In this document: piece after piece, positions 50,101 through 64,000 of the stretch | Layout: the number at the start of each line of letters is the position of its first letter | How positions within the stretch are numbered: the stretch's first letter is position 1 | Source of the DNA: Eledone cirrhosa | Taxonomy: Eukaryota | Assembly (NCBI GenBank): GCA_964016885.1 | Contig: OZ024740.1 | Span: 2,852,001 to 2,916,000 of the forward strand | Direction of reading: 5' to 3' | Length of the DNA stretch: 64,000 nt | The notes under the pieces: generated by a model | Database searches by the model: none | What the model saw: only the letters and a program-made list of their open reading frames with translations | Told to the model about the DNA's origin: nothing | Program-made: the position numbers and the translations under genes

Positions 50101-53100
50101 TCCATGAGACATTCTAGCCACATGTTGATAGTATCAGAGCTGTGACCTCGCAATTCAGAGATTCTTTCCTGAGACATTCTAGCCACATGTTGATAGTATC
50201 GGAGCTGTGACCTCTCAATTCAGAGATTCTTTCCATGAGACATTCTAGCCACATGTTGATAGTATCGGAGCTGTGACCTCTCAATTCAGAGATTCTTTCC
50301 ATGAGACATTCTAGCCACATGTTGATAGTATCGGAGCTGTGACCTCTCAATTCAGAGATTCTTTCCATGAGACATTCTAGCCACATGTTGATAGTATCGG
50401 AGCTGTGACCTCTCAATTCAGAGATTCTTTCCTGAGACATTCTAGCCACATGTTGATAGTATTGGAGCTGTGACCTCTCAATTCAGAGATTCTTTCCATA
50501 AGACATTCTAGCCACATGTTGATAGTATCGGAGCTGTGACCTCTCAATTCAGAGATTCTTTCCTGAGACATTCTAACCACATGTCTGTAGTATCAGAGCT
50601 GTGACCTCTCAATTCAGAGATTCTTTCCTGAGACATTCTAGCCACATGTTGATAGTATCAGAGCTGTGACCTCTCAATTCAGAGATTCCTTCCTGAGACA
50701 TTCTAACCACATGTCTGTAGTATCAGAGCTGTGACCTCTCAATTCAGAGATTCTTTCCTGAGACATTCTAGCCACATGTTGATAGTATCGGAGCTGTGAT
50801 GTCTCAATTCAGAGATTCTTTCCTGAAACATTCTAGCCACGTGTTGATAGTATCGGAGCTGTGACCTCTCAATTCAGAGATTCTTTCCATGAGACATTCT
50901 AACCACATGTTGATAGTATCGGAGCTGTGACCTCTCAATTCAGAGATTCTTTCCATGAGACATTCTAGCCACATGTTGATAGTATCGGAGCTGTGACCTC
51001 TCAATTCAGAGATTCTTTCCATGAGACATTCTAGCCACATGTTGATAGTATCGGAGCTGTGACCTCTCAATTCAGAGATTCTTTCCATGAGACATTCTAA
51101 CCACATGTTGATAGTATCGGAGCTGTGACCTCTCAATTCAGAGATTCTTTCCTGAGACGTTCTAACCACATGTTGATAGTATCAGAGCTGTGACCTCTCA
51201 ATTCAGAGATTCTTTCCTGAGACATTCTAACCACATGTTGATAGTATCAGAGCTGTGACCTCTCAATTCAGAGATTCTTTCCTGAGACATTCTAACCACA
51301 TGTTGATAGTATCAGAGCTGTGACCTCTCAATTCAGAGATTCTTTCCTGAGACATTCTAACCACATGTTGATAGTATCGGAGCTGTGACCTCTCAATTCA
51401 GAGATTCTTTCCATGAGACATTCTAGCCACATGTTGATAGTATCAGAGCTGTGACCTCTCAATTCAGAGATTCTTTCCTGAGACATTCTAGCCACATGTT
51501 GATAGTATCAGAGCTGTGACCTCTCAATTCAGAGATTCTTTCCTGAGACATTCTAACCAGATGTCTGTAGTATCGGAGCTGTGACCTCTCAATTCAGAGA
51601 TTCTTTCCTGAGACATTCTAACCACATGTTGATAGTATCGGAGCTGTGACCTCTCAATTCAGAGATTCTTTCCTGAGACATTCTAGCCACATGTTGATAG
51701 TATCAGAGCTGTGACCTCTCAATTCAGAGATTCTTTCCTGAGACATTCTAACCACATGTTGATAGTATCGGAGCTGTGACCTCTCAATTCAGAGATTCTT
51801 TCCATGAGACATTCTAGCCACATGTTGATAGTATCGGAGCTGTGACGTCTCAATTCAGAGATTCTTTCCTGAGACATTCTAACCACATGTTGATAGTATC
51901 GGAGCTGTGACCTCTCAATTCAGAGATTCTTTCCATGAGACATTCTAGCCACATGTTGATAGTATCGGAGCTGTGACGTCTCAATTCAGAGATTCTTTCC
52001 TGAGACATTCTAACCACATGTTGATAGTATCGGAGCTGTGACCTCTCAATTCAGAGATTCTTTCCATGAGACATTCTAGCCACATGTTGATAGTATCGGA
52101 GCTGTGACCTCTCAATTCAGAGATTCTTTCCATGAGACATTCTAGCCACATGTTGATAGTATTGGAGCTGTGACCTCTCAATTCAGAGATTCTTTCCATG
52201 AGACATTCTAGCCACATGTTGATAGTATCGGAGCTGTGACCTCTCAATTCAGAGATTCTTTCCTGAGACATTCTAACCACATGTTGATAGTATCGGAGCT
52301 GTGACCTCTCAATTCAGAGATTCTTTCCTGAGACATTCTAGCCACATGTTGATAGTATCGGAGCTGTGACCTCTCAATTCAGAGATTCTTTCCATGAGAC
52401 ATTCTAACCACATGTTGATAGTATCGGAGCTGTGACCTCTCAATTCAGAGATTCTTTCCTGAGACATTCTAACCACATGTTGATAGTATTGGAGCTGTGA
52501 CCTCTCAATTCAGAGATTCTTTCCATAAGACATTCTAGCCACATGTTGATAGTATCGGAGCTGTGACCTCTCAATTCAGAGATTCTTTCCTGAGACATTC
52601 TAACCACATGTCTGTAGTATCAGAGCTGTGACCTCTCAATTCAGAGATTCTTTCCTGAGACATTCTAGCCACATGTTGATAGTATCAGAGCTGTGACCTC
52701 TCAATTCAGAGATTCTTTCCTGAGACATTCTAACCACATGTCTGTAGTATCAGAGCTGTGACCTCTCAATTCAGAGATTCTTTCCTGAGACATTCTAGCC
52801 ACATGTTGATAGTATCAGAGCTGTGACCTCTCAATTCAGAGATTCTTTCCTGAGACATTCTAACCACATGTCTGTAGTATCAGAGCTGTGACCTCTCAAT
52901 TCAGAGATTCTTTCCTGAGACATTCTAACCACATGTCTGTAGTATCAGAGCTGTGACCTCTCAATTCAGAGATTCTTTCCATGAGACATTCTAGCCACAT
53001 GTTGATAGTATCAGAGCTGTGACCTCTCAATTCAGAGATTCTTTCCTGAGACATTCTAGCCACATGTTGATAGTATCAGAGCTGTGACCTCTCAATTCAG

Positions 53101-56100
53101 AGATTCTTTCCATGAGACATTCTAGCCACATGTTGATAGTATCGGAGCTGTGACCTCTCAATTCAGAGATTCTTTCCTGAGTCATTCTAACCACATGTCT
53201 GTAGTATCAGAGCTGTGACCTCTCAATTCAGAGATTCTTTCCTGAGACATTCTAACCATATGTTGATAGTATCAGAGCTGTGACCTCTTAATTCAGAGAT
53301 TCTTTCCTGAGACATTCTAGCCACATGTTGATAGTATCAGAGCTGTGACCTCTCAATTCAGAGATTCTTTCCTGAGACATTCTAAACCACATGTTGATAG
53401 TATCGGAGCTGTGACTTCTCAATTCAGAGATTCTTTCCATGAGACATTCTAGCCACATGTTGATAGTATCGGAGCTGTGACCTCTCAATTCAGAGATTCT
53501 TTCCTGAGACATTCTAGCCACATGTTGATAGTATCGGAGCTGTGACCTCTCAATTCAGAGATTCTTTCCATGAGACATTCTAGCCACATGTTGATAGTAT
53601 CGGAGCTGTGACCTCTCAATTCAGAGATTCTTTCCTGAGACATTCTAGCCACATGTTGATAGTATCGGAGCTGTGACCTCACAATTCAGAGATTCTTTCC
53701 ATAAGACATTCTAGCCACATGTTGATAGTATCGGAGCTGTGACCTCTCAATTCAGAGATTCTTTCCATGAGACATTCTAGCCACATGTTGATAGTATCGG
53801 AGTTGTGACCTCTCAATTCAGAGAATCTTTCCATGAGACATTCTAGCCACATGTTGATAGTATTGGAGCTGTGACCTCTCAATTCAGAGATTCTTTCCAT
53901 GAGACATTCTAACCACATGTTGATAGTATCGGAGCTGTGACCTCTCAATTCAGAGATTCTTTCCTGAGACGTTCTAACCACATGTTGATAGTATCAGAGC
54001 TGTGACCTCTCAATTCAGAGATTCTTTCCTGAGACATTCTAACCACATGTTGATAGTATCAGAGCTGTGACCTCTCAATTCAGAGATTCTTTCCTGAGAC
54101 ATTCTAACCACATGTTGATAGTATCAGAGCTGTGACCTCTCAATTCAGAGATTCTTTCCTGAGACATTCTAACCACATGTTGATAGTATCGGAGCTGTGA
54201 CCTCTCAATTCAGAGATTCTTTCCATGAGACATTCTAGCCACATGTTGATAGTATCAGAGCTGTGACCTCTCAATTCAGAGATTCTTTCCTGAGACATTC
54301 TAGCCACATGTTGATAGTATCAGAGCTGTGACCTCTCCATTCAGAGATTCTTTCCTGAGACATTCTAACCAGATGTCTGTAGTATCGGAGCTGTGACCTC
54401 TCAATTCAGAGATTCTTTCCTGAGACATTCTAACCACATGTTGATAGTATCGGAGCTGTGACCTCTCAATTCAGAGATTCTTTCCTGAGACATTCTAGCC
54501 ACATGTTGATAGTATCAGAGCTGTGACCTCTCAATTCAGAGATTCTTTCCTGAGACATTCTAACCACATGTTGATAGTATCGGAGCTGTGACCTCTCAAT
54601 TCAGAGATTCTTTCCATGAGACATTCTAGCCACATGTTGATAGTATCGGAGCTGTGACGTCTCAATTCAGAGATTCTTTCCTGAGACATTCTAACCACAT
54701 GTTGATAGTATCGGAGCTGTGACCTCTCAATTCAGAGATTCTTTCCATGAGACATTCTAGCCACATGTTGATAGTATCGGAGCTGTGACGTCTCAATTCA
54801 GAGATTCTTTCCTGAGACATTCTAACCACATGTTGATAGTATCGGAGCTGTGACCTCTCAATTCAGAGATTCTTTCCATGAGACATTCTAGCCACATGTT
54901 GATAGTATCGGAGCTGTGACCTCTCAATTCAGAGATTCTTTCCATGAGACATTCTAGCCACATGTTGATAGTATTGGAGCTGTGACCTCTCAATTCAGAG
55001 ATTCTTTCCATGAGACATTCTAGCCACATGTTGATAGTATCGGAGCTGTGACCTCTCAATTCAGAGATTCTTTCCTGAGACATTCTAACCACATGTTGAT
55101 AGTATCGGAGCTGTGACCTCTCAATTCAGAGATTCTTTCCTGAGACATTCTAACCACATGTTGATAGTATCGGAGCTGTGACCTCTCAATTCAGAGATTC
55201 TTTCCATGAGACATTCTAGCCACATGTTGATAGTATCAGAGCTGTGACCTCTCAATTCAGAGATTCTTTCCTGAGACATTCTAGCCACATGTTGATAGTA
55301 TCAGAGCTGTGACCTCTCAATTCAGAGATTCTTTCCTGAGACATTCTAACCAGATGTCTGTAGTATCGGAGCTGTGACCTCTCAATTCAGAGATTCTTTC
55401 CTGAGACATTCTAACCACATGTTGATAGTATCGGAGCTGTGACCTCTCAATTCAGAGATTCTTTCCTGAGACATTCTAGCCACATGTTGATAGTATCAGA
55501 GCTGTGACCTCTCAATTCAGAGATTCTTTCCTGAGACATTCTAACCACATGTTGATAGTATCGGAGCTGTGACCTCTCAATTCAGAGATTCTTTCCATGA
55601 GACATTCTAGCCACATGTTGATAGTATCGGAGCTGTGACGTCTCAATTCAGAGATTCTTTCCTGAGACATTCTAACCACATGTTGATAGTATCGGAGCTG
55701 TGACCTCTCAATTCAGAGATTCTTTCCATGAGACATTCTAGCCACATGTTGATAGTATCGGAGCTGTGACGTCTCAATTCAGAGATTCTTTCCTGAGACA
55801 TTCTAACCACATGTTGATAGTATCGGAGCTGTGACCTCTCAATTCAGAGATTCTTTCCATGAGACATTCTAGCCACATGTTGATAGTATCGGAGCTGTGA
55901 CCTCTCAATTCAGAGATTCTTTCCATGAGACATTCTAGCCACATGTTGATAGTATTGGAGCTGTGACCTCTCAATTCAGAGATTCTTTCCATGAGACATT
56001 CTAGCCACATGTTGATAGTATCGGAGCTGTGACCTCTCAATTCAGAGATTCTTTCCTGAGACATTCTAACCACATGTTGATAGTATCGGAGCTGTGACCT

Positions 56101-59100
56101 CTCAATTCAGAGATTCTTTCCTGAGACATTCTAGCCACATGTTGATAGTATCGGAGCTGTGACCTCTCAATTCAGAGATTCTTTCCATGAGACATTCTAA
56201 CCACATGTTGATAGTATCGGAGCTGTGACCTCTCAATTCAGAGATTCTTTCCTGAGACATTCTAACCACATGTTGATAGTATTGGAGCTGTGACCTCTCA
56301 ATTCAGAGATTCTTTCCATAAGACATTCTAGCCACATGTTGATAGTATCGGAGCTGTGACCTCTCAATTCAGAGATTCTTTCCTGAGACATTCTAACCAC
56401 ATGTCTGTAGTATCAGAGCTGTGACCTCTCAATTCAGAGATTCTTTCCTGAGACATTCTAGCCACATGTTGATAGTATCAGAGCTGTGACCTCTCAATTC
56501 AGAGATTCTTTCCTGAGACATTCTAACCACATGTCTGTAGTATCAGAGCTGTGACCTCTCAATTCAGAGATTCTTTCCTGAGACATTCTAGCCACATGTT
56601 GATAGTATCAGAGCTGTGACCTCTCAATTCAGAGATTCTTTCCTGAGACATTCTAACCACATGTCTGTAGTATCAGAGCTGTGACCTCTCAATTCAGAGA
56701 TTCTTTCCTGAGACATTCTAACCACATGTCTGTAGTATCAGAGCTGTGACCTCTCAATTCAGAGATTCTTTCCATGAGACATTCTAGCCACATGTTGATA
56801 GTATCAGAGCTGTGACCTCTCAATTCAGAGATTCTTTCCTGAGACATTCTAGCCACATGTTGATAGTATCAGAGCTGTGACCTCTCAATTCAGAGATTCT
56901 TTCCATGAGACATTCTAGCCACATGTTGATAGTATCGGAGCTGTGACCTCTCAATTCAGAGATTCTTTCCTGAGTCATTCTAACCACATGTCTGTAGTAT
57001 CAGAGCTGTGACCTCTCAATTCAGAGATTCTTTCCTGAGACATTCTAACCACATGTTGATAGTATCAGAGCTGTGACCTCTCAATTCAGAGATTCTTTCC
57101 TGAGACATTCTAGCCACATGTTGATAGTATCAGAGCTGTGACCTCTCAATTCAGAGATTCTTTCCTGAGACATTCTAAACCACATGTTGATAGTATCGGA
57201 GCTGTGACTTCTCAATTCAGAGATTCTTTCCATGAGACATTCTAGCCACATGTTGATAGTATCGGAGCTGTGACCTCTCAATTCAGAGATTCTTTCCTGA
57301 GACATTCTAGCCACATGTTGATAGTATCGGAGCTGTGACCTCTCAATTCAGAGATTCTTTCCATGAGACATTCTAGCCACATGTTGATAGTATCGGAGCT
57401 GTGACCTCTCAATTCAGAGATTCTTTCCTGAGACATTCTAGCCACATGTTGATAGTATCGGAGCTGTGACCTCACAATTCAGAGATTCTTTCCATAAGAC
57501 ATTCTAGCCACATGTTGATAGTATCGGAGCTGTGACCTCTCAATTCAGAGATTCTTTCCATGAGACATTCTAGCCACATGTTGATAGTATCGGAGTTGTG
57601 ACCTCTCAATTCAGAGAATCTTTCCATGAGACATTCTAGCCACATGTTGATAGTATTGGAGCTGTGACCTCTCAATTCAGAGATTCTTTCCATGAGACAT
57701 TCTAGCCACATGTTGATAGTATCGGAGCTGTGACCTCTCAATTCAGAGATTCTTTCCATGAGACATTCTAGCCACATGTTGATAGTATCGGAGCTGTGAC
57801 CTCTCAATTCAGAGATTCTTTCCTGTGACATTCTAACCACATGTTGATAGTATCGGAGCTGTGACCTCTCAATTCAGAGATTCTTTCCATGAGACATTCT
57901 AGCCACATGTTGATAGTATCGGAGCTGTGACCTCTCAATTCAGAGATTCTTTCCATGAGACATTCTAGCCACATGTTGATAGTATCGGAGCTGTGACCTC
58001 TCAATTCAGAGATTCTTTCCATGAGACATTCTAGCCACATGTTGATAGTATCAGAGCTGTGACCTCGCAATTCAGAGATTCTTTCCTGAGACATTCTAGC
58101 CACATGTTGATAGTATCGGAGCTGTGACCTCTCAATTCAGAGATTCTTTCCATGAGACATTCTAGCCACATGTTGATAGTATTGGAGCTGTGACCTCTCA
58201 ATTCAGAGATTCTTTCCATGAGACATTCTAGCCACATGTTGATAGTATCGGAGCTGTGACCTCTCAATTCAGAGATTCTTTCCATGAGACATTCTAGCCA
58301 CATGTTGATAGTATCGGAGCTGTGACCTCTCAATTCAGAGATTCTTTCCATGAGACATTCTAGCCACATGTTGATAGTATCGGAGCTGTGACCTCTCAAT
58401 TCAGAGATTCTTTCCATGAGACATTCTAGCCACATGTTGATAGTATCGGAGCTGTGACCTCTCAATTCAGAGATTCTTTCCTGAGACATTCTAGCCACAT
58501 GTTGATAGTATTGGAGCTGTGACCTCTCAATTCAGAGATTCTTTCCATAAGACATTCTAGCCACATGTTGATAGTATCGGAGCTGTGACCTCTCAATTCA
58601 GAGATTCTTTCCTGAGACATTCTAACCACATGTCTGTAGTATCAGAGCTGTGACCTCTCAATTCAGAGATTCTTTCCTGAGACATTCTAGCCACATGTTG
58701 ATAGTATCAGAGCTGTGACCTCTCAATTCAGAGATTCTTTCCTGAGACATTCTAACCACATGTCTGTAGTATCAGAGCTGTGACCTCTCAATTCAGAGAT
58801 TCTTTCCTGAGACATTCTAGCCACATGTTGATAGTATCGGAGCTGTGATGTCTCAATTCAGAGATTCTTTCCTGAAACATTCTAGCCACGTGTTGATAGT
58901 ATCGGAGCTGTGACCTCTCAATTCAGAGATTCTTTCCATGAGACATTCTAACCACATGTTGATAGTATCGGAGCTGTGACCTCTCAATTCAGAGATTCTT
59001 TCCATGAGACATTCTAGCCACATGTTGATAGTATCGGAGCTGTGACCTCTCAATTCAGAGATTCTTTCCTGAGACATTCTAACCACATGTCTGTAGTATC

Positions 59101-62100
59101 AGAGCTGTGACCTCTCAATTCAGAGATTCTTTCCTGAGACATTCTAGCCACATGTTGATAGTATCAGAGCTGTGACCTCTCAATTCAGAGATTCTTTCCT
59201 GAGACATTCTAACCACATGTCTGTAGTATCAGAGCTGTGACCTCTCAATTCAGAGATTCTTTCCTGAGACATTCTAGCCACATGTTGATAGTATCAGAGC
59301 TGTGACCTCTCAATTCAGAGATTCTTTCCATGAGACATTCTAGCCACATGTTGATAGTATCGGAGCTGTGACCTCTCAATTCAGAGATTCTTTCCTGAGT
59401 CATTCTAACCACATGTCTGTAGTATCAGAGCTGTGACCTCTCAATTCAGAGATTCTTTCCTGAGACATTCTAACCACATGTTGATAGTATCAGAGCTGTG
59501 ACCTCTCAATTCAGAGATTCTTTCCTGAGACATTCTAGCCACATGTTGATAGTATCAGAGCTGTGACCTCTCAATTCAGAGATTCTTTCCTGAGACATTC
59601 TAAACCACATGTTGATAGTATCGGAGCTGTGACTTCTCAATTCAGAGATTCTTTCCATGAGACATTCTAGCCACATGTTGATAGTATCGGAGCTGTGACC
59701 TCTCAATTCAGAGATTCTTTCCTGAGACATTCTAGCCACATGTTGATAGTATCGGAGCTGTGACCTCTCAATTCAGAGATTCTTTCCATGAGACATTCTA
59801 GCCACATGTTGATAGTATCGGAGCTGTGACCTCTCAATTCAGAGATTCTTTCCTGAGACATTCTAGCCACATGTTGATAGTATCGGAGCTGTGACCTCAC
59901 AATTCAGAGATTCTTTCCATAAGACATTCTAGCCACATGTTGATAGTATCGGAGCTGTGACCTCTCAATTCAGAGATTCTTTCCATGAGACATTCTAGCC
60001 ACATGTTGATAGTATCGGAGTTGTGACCTCTCAATTCAGAGAATCTTTCCATGAGACATTCTAGCCACATGTTGATAGTATTGGAGCTGTGACCTCTCAA
60101 TTCAGAGATTCTTTCCATGAGACATTCTAGCCACATGTTGATAGTATCGGAGCTGTGACCTCTCAATTCAGAGATTCTTTCCTGAGACATTCTAGCCACA
60201 TGTTGATAGTATCGGAGCTGTGACCTCACAATTCAGAGATTCTTTCCATAAGACATTCTAGCCACATGTTGATAGTATCGGAGCTGTGACCTCTCAATTC
60301 AGAGATTCTTTCCATGAGACATTCTAGCCACATGTTGATAGTATCGGAGTTGTGACCTCTCAATTCAGAGAATCTTTCCATGAGACATTCTAGCCACATG
60401 TTGATAGTATTGGAGCTGTGACCTCTCAATTCAGAGATTCTTTCCATGAGACATTCTAGCCACATGTTGATAGTATCGGAGCTGTGACCTCTCAATTCAG
60501 AGATTCTTTCCATGAGACATTCTAGCCACATGTTGATAGTATCGGAGCTGTGACCTCTCAATTCAGAGATTCTTTCCTGTGACATTCTAACCACATGTTG
60601 ATAGTATCGGAGCTGTGACCTCTCAATTCAGAGATTCTTTCCATGAGACATTCTAGCCACATGTTGATAGTATCGGAGCTGTGACCTCTCAATTCAGAGA
60701 TTCTTTCCATGAGACATTCTAGCCACATGTTGATAGTATCGGAGCTGTGACCTCTCAATTCAGAGATTCTTTCCATGAGACATTCTAGCCACATGTTGAT
60801 AGTATCAGAGCTGTGACCTCGCAATTCAGAGATTCTTTCCTGAGACATTCTAGCCACATGTTGATAGTATCGGAGCTGTGACCTCTCAATTCAGAGATTC
60901 TTTCCATGAGACATTCTAGCCACATGTTGATAGTATTGGAGCTGTGACCTCTCAATTCAGAGATTCTTTCCATGAGACATTCTAGCCACATGTTGATAGT
61001 ATCGGAGCTGTGACCTCTCAATTCAGAGATTCTTTCCATGAGACATTCTAGCCACATGTTGATAGTATCGGAGCTGTGACCTCTCAATTCAGAGATTCTT
61101 TCCATGAGACATTCTAGCCACATGTTGATAGTATCGGAGCTGTGACCTCTCAATTCAGAGATTCTTTCCATGAGACATTCTAGCCACATGTTGATAGTAT
61201 CGGAGCTGTGACCTCTCAATTCAGAGATTCTTTCCTGAGACATTCTAGCCACATGTTGATAGTATTGGAGCTGTGACCTCTCAATTCAGAGATTCTTTCC
61301 ATAAGACATTCTAGCCACATGTTGATAGTATCGGAGCTGTGACCTCTCAATTCAGAGATTCTTTCCTGAGACATTCTAACCACATGTCTGTAGTATCAGA
61401 GCTGTGACCTCTCAATTCAGAGATTCTTTCCTGAGACATTCTAGCCACATGTTGATAGTATCAGAGCTGTGACCTCTCAATTCAGAGATTCTTTCCTGAG
61501 ACATTCTAACCACATGTCTGTAGTATCAGAGCTGTGACCTCTCAATTCAGAGATTCTTTCCTGAGACATTCTTGCCACATGTTGATAGTATCGGAGCTGT
61601 GATGTCTCAATTCAGAGATTCTTTCCTGAAACATTCTAGCCACGTGTTGATAGTATCGGAGCTGTGACCTCTCAATTCAGAGATTCTTTCCATGAGACAT
61701 TCTAACCACATGTTGATAGTATCGGAGCTGTGACCTCTCAATTCAGAGATTCTTTCCATGAGACATTCTAGCCACATGTTGATAGTATCGGAGCTGTGAC
61801 CTCTCAATTCAGAGATTCTTTCCTGAGACATTCTAACCACATGTCTGTAGTATCAGAGCTGTGACCTCTCAATTCAGAGATTCTTTCCTGAGACATTCTA
61901 GCCACATGTTGATAGTATCAGAGCTGTGACCTCTCAATTCAGAGATTCTTTCCTGAGACATTCTAACCACATGTCTGTAGTATCAGAGCTGTGACCTCTC
62001 AATTCAGAGATTCTTTCCTGAGACATTCTAACCACATGTCTGTAGTATCAGAGCTGTGACCTCTCAATTCAGAGATTCTTTCCATGAGACATTCTAGCCA

Positions 62101-64000
62101 CATGTTGATAGTATCAGAGCTGTGACCTCTCAATTCAGAGATTCTTTCCTGAGACATTCTAGCCACATGTTGATAGTATCAGAGCTGTGACCTCTCAATT
62201 CAGAGATTCTTTCCATGAGACATTCTAGCCACATGTTGATAGTATCGGAGCTGTGACCTCTCAATTCAGAGATTCTTTCCTGAGTCATTCTAACCACATG
62301 TCTGTAGTATCAGAGCTGTGACCTCTCAATTCAGAGATTCTTTCCTGAGACATTCTAACCACATGTTGATAGTATCAGAGCTGTGACCTCTCAATTCAGA
62401 GATTCTTTCCTGAGACATTCTAGCCACATGTTGATAGTATCAGAGCTGTGACCTCTCAATTCAGAGATTCTTTCCTGAGACATTCTAAACCACATGTTGA
62501 TAGTATCGGAGCTGTGACTTCTCAATTCAGAGATTCTTTCCATGAGACATTCTAGCCACATGTTGATAGTATCGGAGCTGTGACCTCTCAATTCAGAGAT
62601 TCTTTCCTGAGACATTCTAGCCACATGTTGATAGTATCGGAGCTGTGACCTCTCAATTCAGAGATTCTTTCCATGAGACATTCTAGCCACATGTTGATAG
62701 TATCGGAGCTGTGACCTCTCAATTCAGAGATTCTTTCCTGAGACATTCTAGCCACATGTTGATAGTATCGGAGCTGTGACCTCACAATTCAGAGATTCTT
62801 TCCATAAGACATTCTAGCCACATGTTGATAGTATCGGAGCTGTGACCTCTCAATTCAGAGATTCTTTCCATGAGACATTCTAGCCACATGTTGATAGTAT
62901 CGGAGTTGTGACCTCTCAATTCAGAGAATCTTTCCATGAGACATTCTAGCCACATGTTGATAGTATTGGAGCTGTGACCTCTCAATTCAGAGATTCTTTC
63001 CATGAGACATTCTAGCCACATGTTGATAGTATCGGAGCTGTGACCTCTCAATTCAGAGATTCTTTCCATGAGACATTCTAGCCACATGTTGATAGTATCG
63101 GAGCTGTGACCTCTCAATTCAGAGATTCTTTCCTGTGACATTCTAACCACATGTTGATAGTATCGGAGCTGTGACCTCTCAATTCAGAGATTCTTTCCAT
63201 GAGACATTCTAGCCACATGTTGATAGTATCGGAGCTGTGACCTCTCAATTCAGAGATTCTTTCCATGAGACATTCTAGCCACATGTTGATAGTATCGGAG
63301 CTGTGACCTCTCAATTCAGAGATTCTTTCCATGAGACATTCTAGCCACATGTTGATAGTATCAGAGCTGTGACCTCGCAATTCAGAGATTCTTTCCTGAG
63401 ACATTCTAGCCACATGTTGATAGTATCGGAGCTGTGACCTCTCAATTCAGAGATTCTTTCCATGAGACATTCTAGCCACATGTTGATAGTATTGGAGCTG
63501 TGACCTCTCAATTCAGAGATTCTTTCCATGAGACATTCTAGCCACATGTTGATAGTATCGGAGCTGTGACCTCTCAATTCAGAGATTCTTTCCATGAGAC
63601 ATTCTAGCCACATGTTGATAGTATCGGAGCTGTGACCTCTCAATTCAGAGATTCTTTCCATGAGACATTCTAGCCACATGTTGATAGTATCGGAGCTGTG
63701 ACCTCTCAATTCAGAGATTCTTTCCATGAGACATTCTAGCCACATGTTGATAGTATCGGAGCTGTGACCTCTCAATTCAGAGATTCTTTCCTGAGACATT
63801 CTAGCCACATGTTGATAGTATTGGAGCTGTGACCTCTCAATTCAGAGATTCTTTCCATAAGACATTCTAGCCACATGTTGATAGTATCGGAGCTGTGACC
63901 TCTCAATTCAGAGATTCTTTCCTGAGACATTCTAACCACATGTCTGTAGTATCAGAGCTGTGACCTCTCAATTCAGAGATTCTTTCCTGAGACATTCTAG
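35080..64000. repeat. Tandem satellite, 65/66-bp monomer, ~440 units, continuing past the window end
   Basis: Consensus GATTCTTTCC(A)TGAGACATTCTA(G/A)CCACATGTTGATAGTATC(G/A)GAGCTGTGACCTCTCAATTCAGA; count is length divided by ~65.5. Confidence 0.98.

Noticed and set aside
35034-63808. ORFs with the 22-aa repeat MERISELRGHSSDTINMWLECL
   Set aside because: They arise wherever 66-bp monomers run consecutively and break at 65-bp units; the ancestral RTE frame is a different one and contains stops.
35080-64000. CRISPR array interpretation of the ~65-bp periodicity
   Set aside because: No unique spacers, no cas genes, eukaryotic context.

Overview
Repeat-only eukaryotic DNA with no host gene; the tRNA-derived SINEs and RTE tails resemble cephalopod (Octopus-like) repeats, which is my inference. 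Positions 1-33 kb are kilobase (TA)n tracts holding nested retroelements. These include three same-orientation copies of a young CR1-group LINE, one apparently full-length. Its ORF1 has a Myb/SANT-like domain and two CCCH fingers, and its ORF2 lacks a usable AUG but overlaps ORF1 in the -1 frame across two canonical slippery heptamers. Also present are a Tx1/L1 3' fragment, a Neptune-type Penelope-like element forming a 6.6-kb inverted repeat, and three sequence-unrelated type I hammerhead ribozyme families (four complete copies plus one relic). One hammerhead lies in a non-coding 591-nt unit with a 64-bp terminal redundancy, resembling a retrozyme. From 35,080 to the window end is a 65/66-bp satellite (~440 units) whose monomer comes from the C-terminal coding region of the adjacent RTE/Rex3-like LINE and which shows kilobase higher-order structure. 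All structures were read by eye; no searches or folding programs were run.
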